Positions 1 to 12,084 of a stretch of DNA of 64,000 nucleotides are shown piece after piece (position 1 is the first letter of the stretch; the number at the start of each line of letters is the position of its first letter). Made by a program: the position numbers and the translations under genes. Below the pieces are notes generated by a model. It saw nothing but the letters and a program-made list of their open reading frames with translations. It made no database searches and was not told the DNA's origin. The stretch comes from Psilocybe cubensis (Eukaryota). The stretch covers positions 620,001 through 684,000 of the forward strand of contig CM039006.1 in assembly GCA_017499595.2 (NCBI GenBank), in the 5' to 3' direction.

Positions 1-1039
1 GGCTACTACTTCGCGGTGATGCCTAGGTCATTCTTTCACTGGAACACTATGGAACCACTGTCGCTGAATAGTTTTATTAGATGGGGCCGTAGCGTTACTG
101 TGCCATACATCTTCAAGGTATCCGAGGTCATTCCGTTAATTCGATCAATGCTGAAGGTAGTGTTAACATATCTTAATATCTTCTCACGTGTATCTGAAGG
201 CAAAATGCAGGCTTTGGCTTATTTGCATGAGAATAACATCACCCACGGTGTCGGTCATTTTTTTAAAAAATGTCAATATTCTTTATTTTAATGTGGTTGA
301 AAACATTTAGGATATTGGAAAACATAACGTTTTAACCAACCACTTCTATTGCCTGAACGACATGGGGTATTTGGAGCGCTACTCCATGAGGAGTAGAGGG
401 ATCCTCCTGTATGCAGTCATTGACTTCGATGCCTCTGTGATGCTGCCAGCAGACGTAGACAGGTCCAAGTTTCGCCTCCCTTACGAAAAAGGCTTTCGCA
501 GATATCCCACTATTAAGGACATGCAGACGGGCCCATTTGATTATAATCCTTTTGTACAAGACGTTGGAGCCATGGGTGCAATGCTGTGTCTAAATTTTCA
601 GGTGAGTTTCGAACATGAGTGAATTCAAACCGATAAACTGACAACTTGATAGCATCTCTCTCTGCACTTGCCACTGCTGGCACCTCTTTTTGACGGGATG
701 ACTACATGGGAGCTCGACAAGCGATTTACGGCCAGCGAGGCACTCCAATTCTTTAACGACCGCGTATCTGAAATTGTGGAAGAGCAGTTAGGAGAGTGCC
801 CACAAAGTGAAAATGACAGCCAACTTTACTACTATGATGATTACGACCGATGGAAGACGCTTTCTCCCGACTTTGTGGAGAAATGGAAAGTATATAAAGC
901 TCGAAAGGTACCGTTACGGATTCGCCTCCTCCGTTGGCTATATTTCAAGCCATACTTCTGCCATATTTTACCTAAAACTAGACTCTTCTTTCACAAACTT
1001 TTCCATCTTCCTCGTGTAATCATAGAAATGTTCATGTAG
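1..1039 (+). CDS. Fungal protein-kinase-like gene K1 (AgaK1-like family), 5' part outside window
   Basis: GT-AG spliced exons give FAVMPR, LAYLHENNITHG-DIGKHNVL, YAVIDFD, YNPFVQDVGAMG and MTTWELDKRFTASEAL. The visible part is open. Confidence 0.85.
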
Positions 1040-1086
1040 ACAAATGCTGCTTAATACACTTGATATAATCACTAGCATGTAGCTGA

Positions 1087-1229
1087 TTTCGAGGTCAATT
1101 CATCTTCCATTGCTACCCAAGGGACTAGGATGCGTCGCCCGACTGCTCCTTCTTGCGTAGTCCCTTGCTAAAGCTTCATCACGCCAGTAGAGAAGACCTA
1201 TGGGCACGATGTGCATCAAGTTCCCATTG
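1087..1229 (-). pseudogene. ARH remnant with ~600-bp internal deletion and 5' truncation
   Basis: 1118-1229 matches 22539-22650 of the intact gene and is joined directly to a diverged copy of its last codons (1087-1114). Confidence 0.85.
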
Positions 1230-3402
1230 ATAGAAAAGTGACGTTCGGCATAGCAGCATATAAGAAGGTGTTGTCGGAATGGCGGTTTGAGGGACAATCA
1301 AAGAATTCATAGGACCGAGAGTTGGAGACAGCGATTTGAGGAAAGGTACGGGAAATTTACAGAGTTGAAGGGTGTCTCTATCAGAAATAATCAATCGCAA
1401 GATAAGTGCAATACGCACTATGACATTGTGAAGGTGAGAGGCGGAAGGTTTGAGTGCGCTACAGTCGACGGTGGAGAGCGACCAAACGATTTTCCGTGAC
1501 GTTGAATTCACCCGGGACTTTCCGTCGCATTGTCGGCCCGTCAATGCCGTCGATCTCGACTCAAACCCAACTCCGAGTCAACTCCCGCCACTCGCCATTG
1601 TTGCTTCGAGTCAGAGATCTGCCTTACATCCATCCCTCTTGATCATGTATACACAGCCTTCGGTATATGAGGTGTCTCTTAGATTGAAAGAATGCATCTT
1701 CTGTCTGAAGTTCATACCTTGTACTAAGTTGTAGAACATCCGGTCTTGCGATGTCCTCCGTCAGCCTGCCAACCATATCGCATATCGCAACGTGGAATGA
1801 TAAGTGATAGAACACCTGAGGCAGTTTTCAAGTCAAAAAAAGTAATCATCTTGAATTATTCATCCAAGAGTCATGACCGCCATGGACAGTGAAATTCTCA
1901 GATTGCTTCCTCGGTCCCATTATAGTTTTTCTTACTACATATCTCACGTAAAAGTGCTATTACGTGTATGCTAAGAATAGAGATCATTTTCATCTTTCTT
2001 GTGTGTAAAGTACTTGGATCGTCGTGGATGCGGAATCGATTCGCCTGAAAATCCAAATCTAGTCATCGGTGAAACCAGGTTTGAAACATGATTCATAGAA
2101 CTCGCGCTGGCTGTCAATGATGGGAACACAACCTTTCTATACAATCGTCCTCTCGGCGGAATAAATCACATATTCGACGGTGAGTGGCACTCTACCATCT
2201 GGAGCTTATAGAGGCACATGTACCCTGAAGTATATTAGTACATGTTCCCAGCCAAAGATGCTCGAAGAAGGGTTCTGTGTATGTGAGGCCCACTGCGGAG
2301 GATTCCAGAGAACACCCTGAGTTTCAACGCCGGGAAGCAAGCTGGAAAATTACAGGTCTTCAGACACTGGGCAGTCTTCTATTGGAAGATACCATTGTCA
2401 AAAAAAAATTTGTCTTTCCGGATGCGAAAACTTCTTCTGAATTGAGACAGAAGTTCTTGTGCGACTCCTGAATTCTGGCGGCGGACACGACCAGCTGAGT
2501 GGCTTGCCACTCGAGCGAGGGAAAGATTGTTGTGATTTGACAGATTTTTGATTTAAAACTGCTTCTCGGACTATGTACCGAATTATTTTGGGGTGTGCGG
2601 GCAAGCGGAGTGGTGTTTGTTGGGCTGTCAAGTACATCTCCAGAAGTGCTCCATGGTAGAAGAATAGTTCGCTATAACTCCGTCGACTTTCGTCTCAAGG
2701 CGTACCTTCTTGTGCGGTCTGGATAATCGATTATACATTCTAAGACTAGATTTCCCACAGCTTCACACAAAAAACAAGTCGTCTAGTCAGCAGTTATAAT
2801 CTGATCAGCTACACACACACTTAGCGAGTGGCGTGTGAAAGTGAATATGGCAGACTTAATGACTCGATTACGACTACCAAAGCATTGAATCTGAAGGGTC
2901 GCAGCTTTATCCGCGGTGCTGGGGATAGGTACACGAGGATATGGAAGTTTCGGGATCTCGGTCCTCAATTATCCTATCTTTATTTGTTCTTTTGTCGGAA
3001 GATCCAATGAAGTCATTACTGCAGATGACTCCCTCATCCGCCCTTTAGTAGAGATATTCCACGTAAGGGTAGCATAAATCCATAGATCCACCGACTCATC
3101 GCCGCATAGGATCGCAGTAGACATCACGCAACAGGCTATACGAAATAGTATCAAGCTTTGTTTTCTCTACACGTCCCTGGAAGATAAACCTGTTCATCTT
3201 GATTGATTTCTAAGAAGGGAGAATCTAGCAATTGTTCCCACACATGAGTCATCTTGAATAGTACCTTACTTCAAAACCCCGATGATGTGAATGAATACCG
3301 GCGGTACTAGTGCTAATTACAAACAGACACGGAGAACTTGTCGGTATCCATGCCCATACCGATTTTGTGAGTATACCATTTTCAGTGGCAAGCGCTTAAT
3401 CA
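1118..3402. repeat. Segmental duplication copy A (copy B = 9240-9509 + 14480-16574)
   Basis: Direct sequence match, near-identical to ~2560 and increasingly diverged to the right. Confidence 0.95.
1230..3380 (-). pseudogene. Degenerate multi-exon gene remnant of unknown family
   Basis: Protein-like fragments with stops and frameshifts in both duplicate copies. The ~2020-2140 segment (GCVPIIDSQ...LDLDFQANRF) is homologous to ORF 3656-3898. Confidence 0.4.
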
Positions 3403-3655
3403 ACGCTGGTCTAAATCGACAAAGAACAACATGCAGCTAACATTACAGATTTAACTTAGCCCTGAGTTACTTGTATGAATTTTACGGAAAAAGATTTAAG
3501 ACGGCAAGAAAAGGTGTATGATGATGATGATGATGACGTGTGCCAGTCAGAGGAAGAGAAACAAACAAACGACTTGGTCATCTCAGTAACTAATACTACA
3601 TGACTTACATACTATTCTAAACAATATAGCAGATAGCAGAGTATTGTGCATTGAT

Positions 3656-3898
3656 TTAAATTTTGGAACTGTTTTGCGAGAGGTACTTGTAAGGATCTTT
3701 CGAAGTTCGATTATCGTTCACATGAAATTGATTTGCCGAGAAATCCAAATCGAGAGAAATCCATCCATTGATGAGAACAGGGTTGAACCATGATGTTTTG
3801 AACACGCTCTGGCTGTCAATGATTGGAATACAACCGTGTTTGGCGTTTCTATACAAACATGCTCTCAAGAACTTCAAGAATTCCAAGACTGAAGTCAT
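3656..3898 (-). pseudogene. Fragment paralogous to the remnant at ~2020-2140
   Basis: LYRNAKHGCIPIIDSQ...LDLDFSANQF aligns with the frameshifted translation of 2141-2020. Confidence 0.45.
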
Positions 3899-4801
3899 TA
3901 AATAGGTAATGACTCAATTGAAAACAGTCAGGCTAATTATTGTGTACCCTGCAAGGTATCTAGCGGAATAAAGGCAGATCCTTCCGCAGTATTGGCGATG
4001 GTCGTTGGTTTGTGGACCTTAGCTTACTACAGACAAGGAGCCAAACGCGTCTTGGGACTCCACATTCCATATCGGTGTTACTGCTTCATCATTAGTTGTA
4101 AATCATTTTAATTTGTTCCGTGATATACTATCTATCTCTGCATCTCCGTGATAGAGCAGTGATATGAGTGTGAAAAATTCCCCCTAAACATTAGCCATCC
4201 CTGGCCATCCTATTAAATAAATCAGGGTTTCTGCGTACAAGACGTGTCGATCTGTGTCGATTTCAGAAAACACGCTGGACTTTCTAAGCTTGGAACACGA
4301 GCTAAAGAAGTTCATATTCTGGCAGATGTCAAGACAAAAGCGTTTTTTGGCAACCAAATACTATAGTGGACTGGAATTCATTATTGTCAGAAGGGGAAGA
4401 ACCCCTCCGGGAGCTTCCTGGGGTCTATATTCCAATCGGAGTTACTACACGTTCACAACTGTCGCTCAATCCCAAACATCCTCATGGAGGTCCGGAAGAG
4501 TATCGACGAATCAAGTACAAGTGACTCGGGGAAAAGATGTGAGATCTCCTTGCTCACATTATCTGATAGGTACTCGATTCCATCCGTGTCTGGATATGCA
4601 ACATGCAGGATGGTCCAACGGGAGATTTTCTCCCTTGCCTCGTTTTAATCATTTGGCCAGTGAAATCTCTGGCGTTAAAATTGCAATTTAAAATATATAA
4701 AGTGGATCTCATGAAATTGACAAGCCCCAAGTCCATTCAGTCCTTAATCTTTATTTCGAATTAGTACTCCTCCCAAGGCGTTCCCTCAGTCTTCAGTCGA
4801 A

Positions 4802-5669
4802 ATGTCAACAGTCCTACCTTCTAGAGATGCCATTCCTCAACCTGTGAGTTTGGAATTATCACAGTCGAGTAAAGTTCTTAAAGGCAAACATCATTCTCAG
4901 ATCCAAAAGGGCGAATTGGTAAAGTTGACAGAAAGTATACCCGGCAAGTATTATGATCAGAACTCGGACAAATATGAATACACAGTTCCGGCTGGAACAA
5001 TTGTTCGCATACACGATTCATTGCTGACCAGACAAGCGGTTAGTGTCTAGTTCAAATGTTCCATAAATTTTACAATTTTTTATTCTCAGATCGAGGGGCA
5101 AGCTCGATTAGGCTACGATTACATATTTTCGTTGGACATGGACGACTTCAAATACCACTTGGTGGCTCCTACAGGCATCTCTGTGATTTCAAACCCAATT
5201 CCACATACAAAACTTGCCATTCTGCCTACGTCTTCTACCAATACGAGGGAGATGAGGAAAGACCGTTTTTGGAAGGTATGTCCTTGCCATTCTCTGAGCT
5301 ACTTTCTTATTTCGAACTTGCGGACTGAAACAGTAAAACTAGATTAAGAATGTTGCCTTTGTTCGAGAGGCCCACAGAGCTCCTGTCGGCAAGCAGACTG
5401 AAAGCGGCTGGGTGACTGTCAACGTTGGAGATGGTATTATAATCGAAGGTTTTCCTGAATCCCGTAAGGTGGGTACCGATTTTATCCGGAGCGAAAATTG
5501 TCACTGACACGCTTAATGAACATGGAAATCCAAACTGTAGGGCAGCACGCGAGTCCCAAATTATGAGTCTGCCTTCTACAATTTTGGTGTGGGCCGTATT
5601 GTTGGCACCAAGACACCAGTTTGGCACTCAGCCACTCGCCACGGGCCACATGTCTTTGAGAGAACTTAA
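4802..5669 (+). CDS. Hypothetical protein (~205 aa, 5 exons), paralog of 17198-18138
   Basis: TATA-like motif at ~4694. Four phase-0 GT-AG introns splice to an open frame MSTVLPSRDAIPQP/IQKGELVKL.../IEGQ...DRFWK/IKNVAF.../GSTRVP...ERT*. Confidence 0.75.
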
Positions 5670-6405
5670 ATAAGGGCTATACAGTACAACTTCTGATGAT
5701 AATGGCTTGAGATTGCAACGTTACAGCTATTTTCATATCGATAGGCCTAACGTACAAACATACATATTCATACAGTCGGACTTGAATTTCTGCGTAGCCG
5801 AGTTACATAGGGCCCCCTATGGGATGCTCCTATTTTACAATTTTACACCAAGGCATTGACATACCCTTTAGTTTGAGAGGGAAATGGATCTAAAAATGCA
5901 GCTGTCGCGATGGTATCAAAGTTTGTTTTATTAGCTCAATTTTTTACGAGGAGTCCTGACTGTCACGGTAAGGAAGGGCCTGTTAGCGAAGCAGGACGTG
6001 GCTTTGCTTCGCTCAACCCATGGCGGGTAGCAACGGATCATAAAGCTCGTCGATATGAACACCGCTATATAGATGTAATATTGAGTAGTCCTGAAGCGCC
6101 GCCGTCGTGGGCAGCACACACTGGCATGGGCAGCATAGCCAGCCCACCTGCATATCGACTTTTAACTATTTGTGCATACTGGATCGGGATTCGGGACACC
6201 TTTTACACCTTTCTTTTTGACCCAACAGAGCAGCCAATGATGTCTATCAATATAATGAATGTTTGGCATAATTACGTTGGTAAAATCTAGAGATGGCAGA
6301 GGAAACCGAACGTAATCCCAGCCAATTAGGACCATAATATAAACAAGAACAAATTGAACGAGAGTCCATGATGGGTTTTAAAACATGAGGTGATGATGAT
6401 CTGGA

Positions 6406-8073
6406 TTAAATCGCAATTTTTGAGGAGAAAACAAAACTGTAAACTGTTTTAAACACAGATGCCAGACACGAGAGGTAGAACCGGGTCTTAGGGAGGATAT
6501 AGGGGTTCAATCTTGACAAGTGTCGGTCCAAGAAGCGGAATGTTTGTAGATGCCAAGGGATGGGTGGGGTCCTGTATGATTTCCAATCTTCTGCAACTTC
6601 TGCAGGAACACGAGCCCATATGTCCCATTCTAAATAGGCCTTATGGGGGCTAATAGCTCCGATGTAATCACGGAGTTCCTCTTCTGGAACTTCCGCTAGA
6701 CGTTCTTCAAAAAATATGAGAGCCTCCGATGCCGTGAATCGTTGACTGATATCCCATGTTGTCATCTTATCGATCAATGGTGCCAGAAAGTGAATCTTCG
6801 CTGCTGCAAGCTAGAGATCAATTTATTGGTTCAACAATCTCATTTAATAATACTCGAAATGAAACGAAACCTACGCCGAAATTCTGAGCAAATTGTACAC
6901 CAAGCCCACCCACATCCAAAGCAAACGGATCATAGTCGTACTCCCCACCTGCTGTATCGTAGCTTAGATTGAACGTGCCCCAGGATTCGTAATGGGGGAG
7001 TCGGCATTCCGTTTTATTCGCTGTAGGCGGAAACATAATCGAGAGATCGTAGTCGCAAAGGGCGTATCGGATTACCCTATTCTCTCGACGCTCTTTACAC
7101 CATACATTTATATCGTTGAAATCTTCATTTGACATGTTGGAAAAATGGCTTAACAACACGTTCTCAAACCTGATGTCCTGGTGTTGGTGTTAGTACATGG
7201 TTCATCCGGATTATCAGAATTGAACAAAACGTACCCCGTGAACGATATTATGTTCGTGAAGATAGCTTAATCCCTATGTTTTATATTAGAAAAATGAATA
7301 AAATGTGGCTGGGATTTAACGCACTTTCAAGCATGAATGCATGATCTCAATGATTTCGAACATATAGGTAAAGGAAGGACGAAAAAGATCCGGCCCCCAT
7401 CTCAAAGTCAAAACCATTCATCAGGTGAGAGTGGGGTATAGGTCAAGGAACAGCCTACCTCGGCATAACAGCAAACCAGAATCCATCATTGGGTAGCAAT
7501 TCCAGGACAGGAAGGATGCAGCTCTTCTTCAAAACCTCGAGGTTCTGCTGGTTCAAAAATCGTAGCACACGGTACTCGTCCGTGTCAGCATGCACAATTT
7601 TAATCGCAACATGTCGCTTATGCGTGTCTTGTGCAAACACAACTTTTCCCTATTTGTTTGGTTTTCGTTAATTGAAAGGCAGCAACACTAGTTGTACTCA
7701 CAGTCGTCTCACAGGCGCCAAGGGGAGGTTGAGGTGGGAAACCCTCCCAGACATTGACCCTAACATCATACGATGAATATGGATACTCGACATCAACAAA
7801 TTCGCTGTCGGACTCCGGGGGGAAGACAGGATACGACGAGTCCGTTGGCAATGTTGCCCCCGTCGAATAGGTAGCGTATCCACGCTGGTACAGAGTGTAT
7901 CCTCGGAGCTTAAACCATTCGATGGTATCAGGGGAGTCCCAGAACTCCCGACGCTCTGGATCGCCAGAACCACCTTGTCCTGCCTTGAAAGAAAATGTGA
8001 CTTTGAGGGGAGGTGACTAACATAATTTAGCAGCTTCAATAGCATACACAGGAAGCAGATTACTTACCTCCAT
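6406..8073 (-). CDS. Fungal protein-kinase-like gene K2, apparently intact
   Basis: Spliced exons: ME/SPPL..FWDSPDTIEWFKLRGYTLY, HVAIKIV, LHEHNIVHG-DIRFENVL, YALCDYDLS, YDPFALDVGGLG, RFTASEAL. Confidence 0.85.
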
Positions 8074-8618
8074 GTTAAACCTCTGTGGAACCTCGTGCAA
8101 TCTAAATTAAAGAGCTAGATGGTCAAATATCGCACAGCTCTTAAGCCGTGTTCGCAAAAGTGGAAGCACAAAGTTTGGTTCAATTGAACTTCGTTGAACT
8201 AACGTTGAACCATTTCCCTCGTGGCTTCGACGTGAGATAATTCCCACATCTCTCAGGTGACTGTGCCTCACCGTACATCACAGGAAAAAATCGTGTAGGG
8301 CCGGACGTCTACGGCATAATATATTACCGACAACTGAGAACATCCACTTTTTTTTTATTGTCGTGCAACAAGCAATCGATGTGCTAAGACGGACGGGTGA
8401 GCGTTTCTCACCTTTCTACGCTAAGGTATCTACTGTCCTAAGAATAGCGGGGTTTGTATATCTATTGGATCAGCTGTAGGTGTTAGTTTGCATTATCGGT
8501 GGTTTGTAGAGAACATCCACTTGGGCTTAGTTACGAGTCCTCCTTTAGGAGGATTCGTTGTGTATCATCGACACCCCGCCAAAATGTTTGCTATACTTAA
8601 TCACTCGTATTTAGCTGA

Positions 8619-9351
8619 TTACAAGTTAAATTCATATTCCATTGCTGCCAGATCCTTGGCCACCGTGTCGATAATATCACGGCGTACCAAGTCTTCGCAC
8701 CATGATTTGACTCGTGTCGTCCAGAACACTCTATCTCCATCTCCTTCCTCTGCTGAATACCAGCAAGCAGCCAGACCTGCGAAGATAGCGCCAACAGTAT
8801 CCGCATCGTCACCAAGGTTCACCGCCAACAATGCACCGTCTTCAAATGTCGATGTGGCAAAAAAGCAGTAGAGCGCAGCTACGGCAGAATCTAGGACGTA
8901 TCCTGTCGAAGGCAGCTGCTTGACTGGAGGGATAGTATAAGCAAAACCCTTTGTCTTCGTGGAAACTGTTCCTGGTCGTTGGGTGTCCGCGATGAGTCGG
9001 AGTAATGGATGGTGCTGCCAATACCAGGCCTCGCGATCGACATCATCTTCAGGAGCAGGACGGATACGAGAGGGAATCGCTAGGGCATCCCGGAGTGTAA
9101 TAGTCTTATAAGGGAAGCTAGAAATGTAGTGAAGTAGGTCAAGTTTTGAGAATCGTTTAGCGGAGGGTTTGGGGGCACGTGTACTCTCCGCCATGATGGT
9201 GGCGATCGCACCGGTCCACATCTCGCACATTTCAAGACACAAGGGACTAGGATGCGTCGCCCGACTGCTCCTTCTTGCGTAGTCCCTTGCTAAAGCTTCA
9301 TCACGCCAGTAGAGAAGACCTATGGGCACGATGCGCATCAAGCTCCCATTG
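8619..9351 (-). pseudogene. 5'-truncated ARH copy
   Basis: Protein-identical to the intact gene from NGSLMR to KDL. It lacks the DALG and TDDT motifs and is fused upstream to unrelated sequence with no in-frame ATG. Confidence 0.85.
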
Positions 9352-9608
9352 ATAGAAAAGTGACGTTCGGCATAGCAGCATAAAAGAAGGTGTTGTCGGA
9401 ATGGCGGTTTGAGGGACAATCAAAGAATTCATAGGACCGAGAGTTGGAGACAGCGATTTGAGGAAAGGTACGGGAAATTTACAGAGTTGAAGGGTGTCTC
9501 TATCAGAAACTTGTTTTAGTGGGCCACCGCGGAGCGTGGCATGACGAGTCTTTACGATTCAGCGTCACGCTTTGTAATAATATAATATATATATAATATA
9601 ATATAAAT

Positions 9609-10583
9609 ATGTCCAACTTTGACGTGGATATCGGTGCAATGGACGAAGTAATATTCAGACTCCAAGGCATAGTTAGCGACAAGATGCTACCACCAATGGC
9701 AAAGCCTGCTTCGTACGTCCACTCCATTGAGGTGAATTAATTACAAATGAGGACTGTTACAGCCGCAACAGAACGGTCAAGCAACAACCATATTTACGTA
9801 CCGCCATTGCTATCACGGGACTCGGAGACATTGTGTTCAATAAGGTGATGGAAAAGCTAGAAGAAGTTTTCCTCCGTTTTGCAAACAATTTTCCCGCGGA
9901 CAGCGTCAGCGGCTATGACCCAGTTCTTCACAAAGACACGGGTTTCAATGTTTTCCATGCGCATAGCCAATATTTCACGAAGGTATCCGCATATCAAGAC
10001 AAATCTGACAACATAGGTTTTCATCCCCTGGTCGACCCTGATAACGTGTTGGCGTCCATGGTAGGGGACAGTTTCATCCACGCAATTGATAACAAGGTAC
10101 AGTTTCTTTGTCGGGAGATACTTCCTGATGGAACAGCCAGATATGTTTAGAAAATACCAATAACACATCACAACCAAACTAATATCATGTTGCAACAGAT
10201 ATTATTCTTATAATCCTGCCTCCATACGAATTGGAGACATTGTCGAGATCAGTGTTGCCTTTGTCACATTTCCTGCCCAAGGAAACAAGTACAAATTTGT
10301 TGTCGCTCTTCGCGGAATACTTGTCTTGGACCAGGAGGCAAGAGAGGTAAGCAATGTTACATTGAACAGTCTCATAGCCATTCATAACTTCCAACAGAAA
10401 GCTGATATTCTCAGAATGCGGTCGCGCTATACTCCAGCGAAAAGACAGGTTGCTGTTTTGTGTAGGACAAAGAGGCAGCTGTACAAAGGTCAGATTGACA
10501 TTGAAGACACGCAACAGAGGATGACACGTATGCGCTTAAATGAGGACACAGTCCACAATAGAAATACTATGTCCCAAGATTAA
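9609..10583 (+). pseudogene. Element cargo gene A: putative OB-fold/ssDNA-binding-like protein, splice donor damaged
   Basis: Four exons: FRLQGIV, TAIAITGLG, VDPDNVL, DNKVQF, PASIRIGDIVEISVAF...LRGILVLD. The intron 2 donor at 10141 reads AT instead of GT. The fold is inference. Confidence 0.6.
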
Positions 10584-10728
10584 TACATATGTACATAGAA
10601 AGACAAGGATATCATAAATGTGCTGAACGAACAATCAATCCATTTGCGTGAACATTGTAAATAACAAGGAATAATTTGTCAAGTCATTTTCATGACAGAA
10701 ATTATCTGAAGATGTTAGTTGGCACCCC

Positions 10729-10909
10729 ATGGGAGAATCCTGCGTACACTATACGCAGAATATTCCCACACTCGGCTGAATATCGGCGAGGAAGTCTGTG
10801 GGAGAATTCTGCGTACACTGTACGCAGAATATTTCCACACTTGGCTGAATATCGGGAGAGGTTGACCGTGGGAATATTCTGCGTACACTGTACGCAGGAT
10901 ATTCCCACG
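10729..10909. repeat. Three tandem ~69-bp units, each with a 41-bp palindrome
   Basis: GTGGGAATATTCTGCGTACA-C-TGTACGCAGRATATTCCCAC-like units starting at 10729, 10798 and 10868. Confidence 0.95.
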
Positions 10910-12084
10910 CTCATCCGCAAGTCAAACTTACAAATTAAGACAAAAAGAATGAGGACAAGAACACAAGTTTATTTCGAACAAAAATTTGACTAAGGATGGA
11001 AGAAATTACAAATATCCATTCCACAAGAGGCTTTGTGGTTGAGGGCGATGCAACCAAAAAATATCTGCCTTTCTGGATAGCAAATACAAAACAGTTGCAT
11101 GTACACGGTCATCTTTTTGCCTACATTACAGGAATTAAATTGACAAATACTAAAACTAAAGAGCACACACCTTATACCCCTTTCCCAGGATTTGATAGCT
11201 TTTTTGACACGCTTGTGTAATTGGTAAACATCTGCCGCTGTGTAGTGAAAATCTAATGCAATACCGCTGATGCGACGGACACCAAAATGCAAACAATCAA
11301 ATTCATTGAGCAACAATGCCCACAAATTGGCTTCAACAAAGGAAGTCTGATTTGCTTTGGGTAAAAGAGGCAAAGAATAAACCCAACAATGCCTGTCGCC
11401 AACCCGTCTAATCCCAGGAGAGAACAACTCTGGATAAGGATCGTAATCCAGCACAACGAGAACATGACCACGAGATGAACTATACCCAACATTTACGTTG
11501 TCCCTGATAGACTGTATCCTGCTTTGGATATGGCGGTCCATTTTCAAAGTTTGCGATGGAATGGAAAGAACAAATTTCAAGCCACGGGAATGATATTTTG
11601 CAAGAAATTTTTGCGCGCGCTTGAGGTCGGCAGAAGGTTGCAACAGAGAGACTTGATGTCCAAAGGTAGCATTTGGATACAAGCTGTACACCTTCTCAAA
11701 GGTAACAAAATTCATGACGCCGGCTGCAGTAGAACAAAATTGAAGTTAACATTGTTTTGACACATGACATTGGGGACATACTGCTATGATACCCCAAAAT
11801 GCACTCTACCACCGATTGACAAGTCGTAATCAGTTGGACAAAAGAACCTTGGCACCATAGGTTAACGACCACTCCAGTGGTATTGTAATGTCGATGAAGA
11901 GGATGTTTCTGAAGGACGATTTTTTCTATTTTCAAAATTTTTTCCGCTGTGGTGTTGTCCGGATATTTGGGATGCGGCATGATAGTAAATCCAATGGACA
12001 TCATCCAGGAAAGAACGGGAAGAGCATATCTGTGCTCGACATACATGTCCATGTCACCCGGAATCCATATATTAGCACGATTGA

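Noticed and set aside
8619-9419. 266-aa ORF as a full-length ARH
   Set aside because: It starts at a non-ATG codon in unrelated sequence and lacks the DALG/TDDT motifs.
10729-10909. CRISPR-like array of palindromic repeats
   Set aside because: The ~28-bp spacers are similar to each other, there are no cas genes, and the context is eukaryotic; treated as an element-internal minisatellite.
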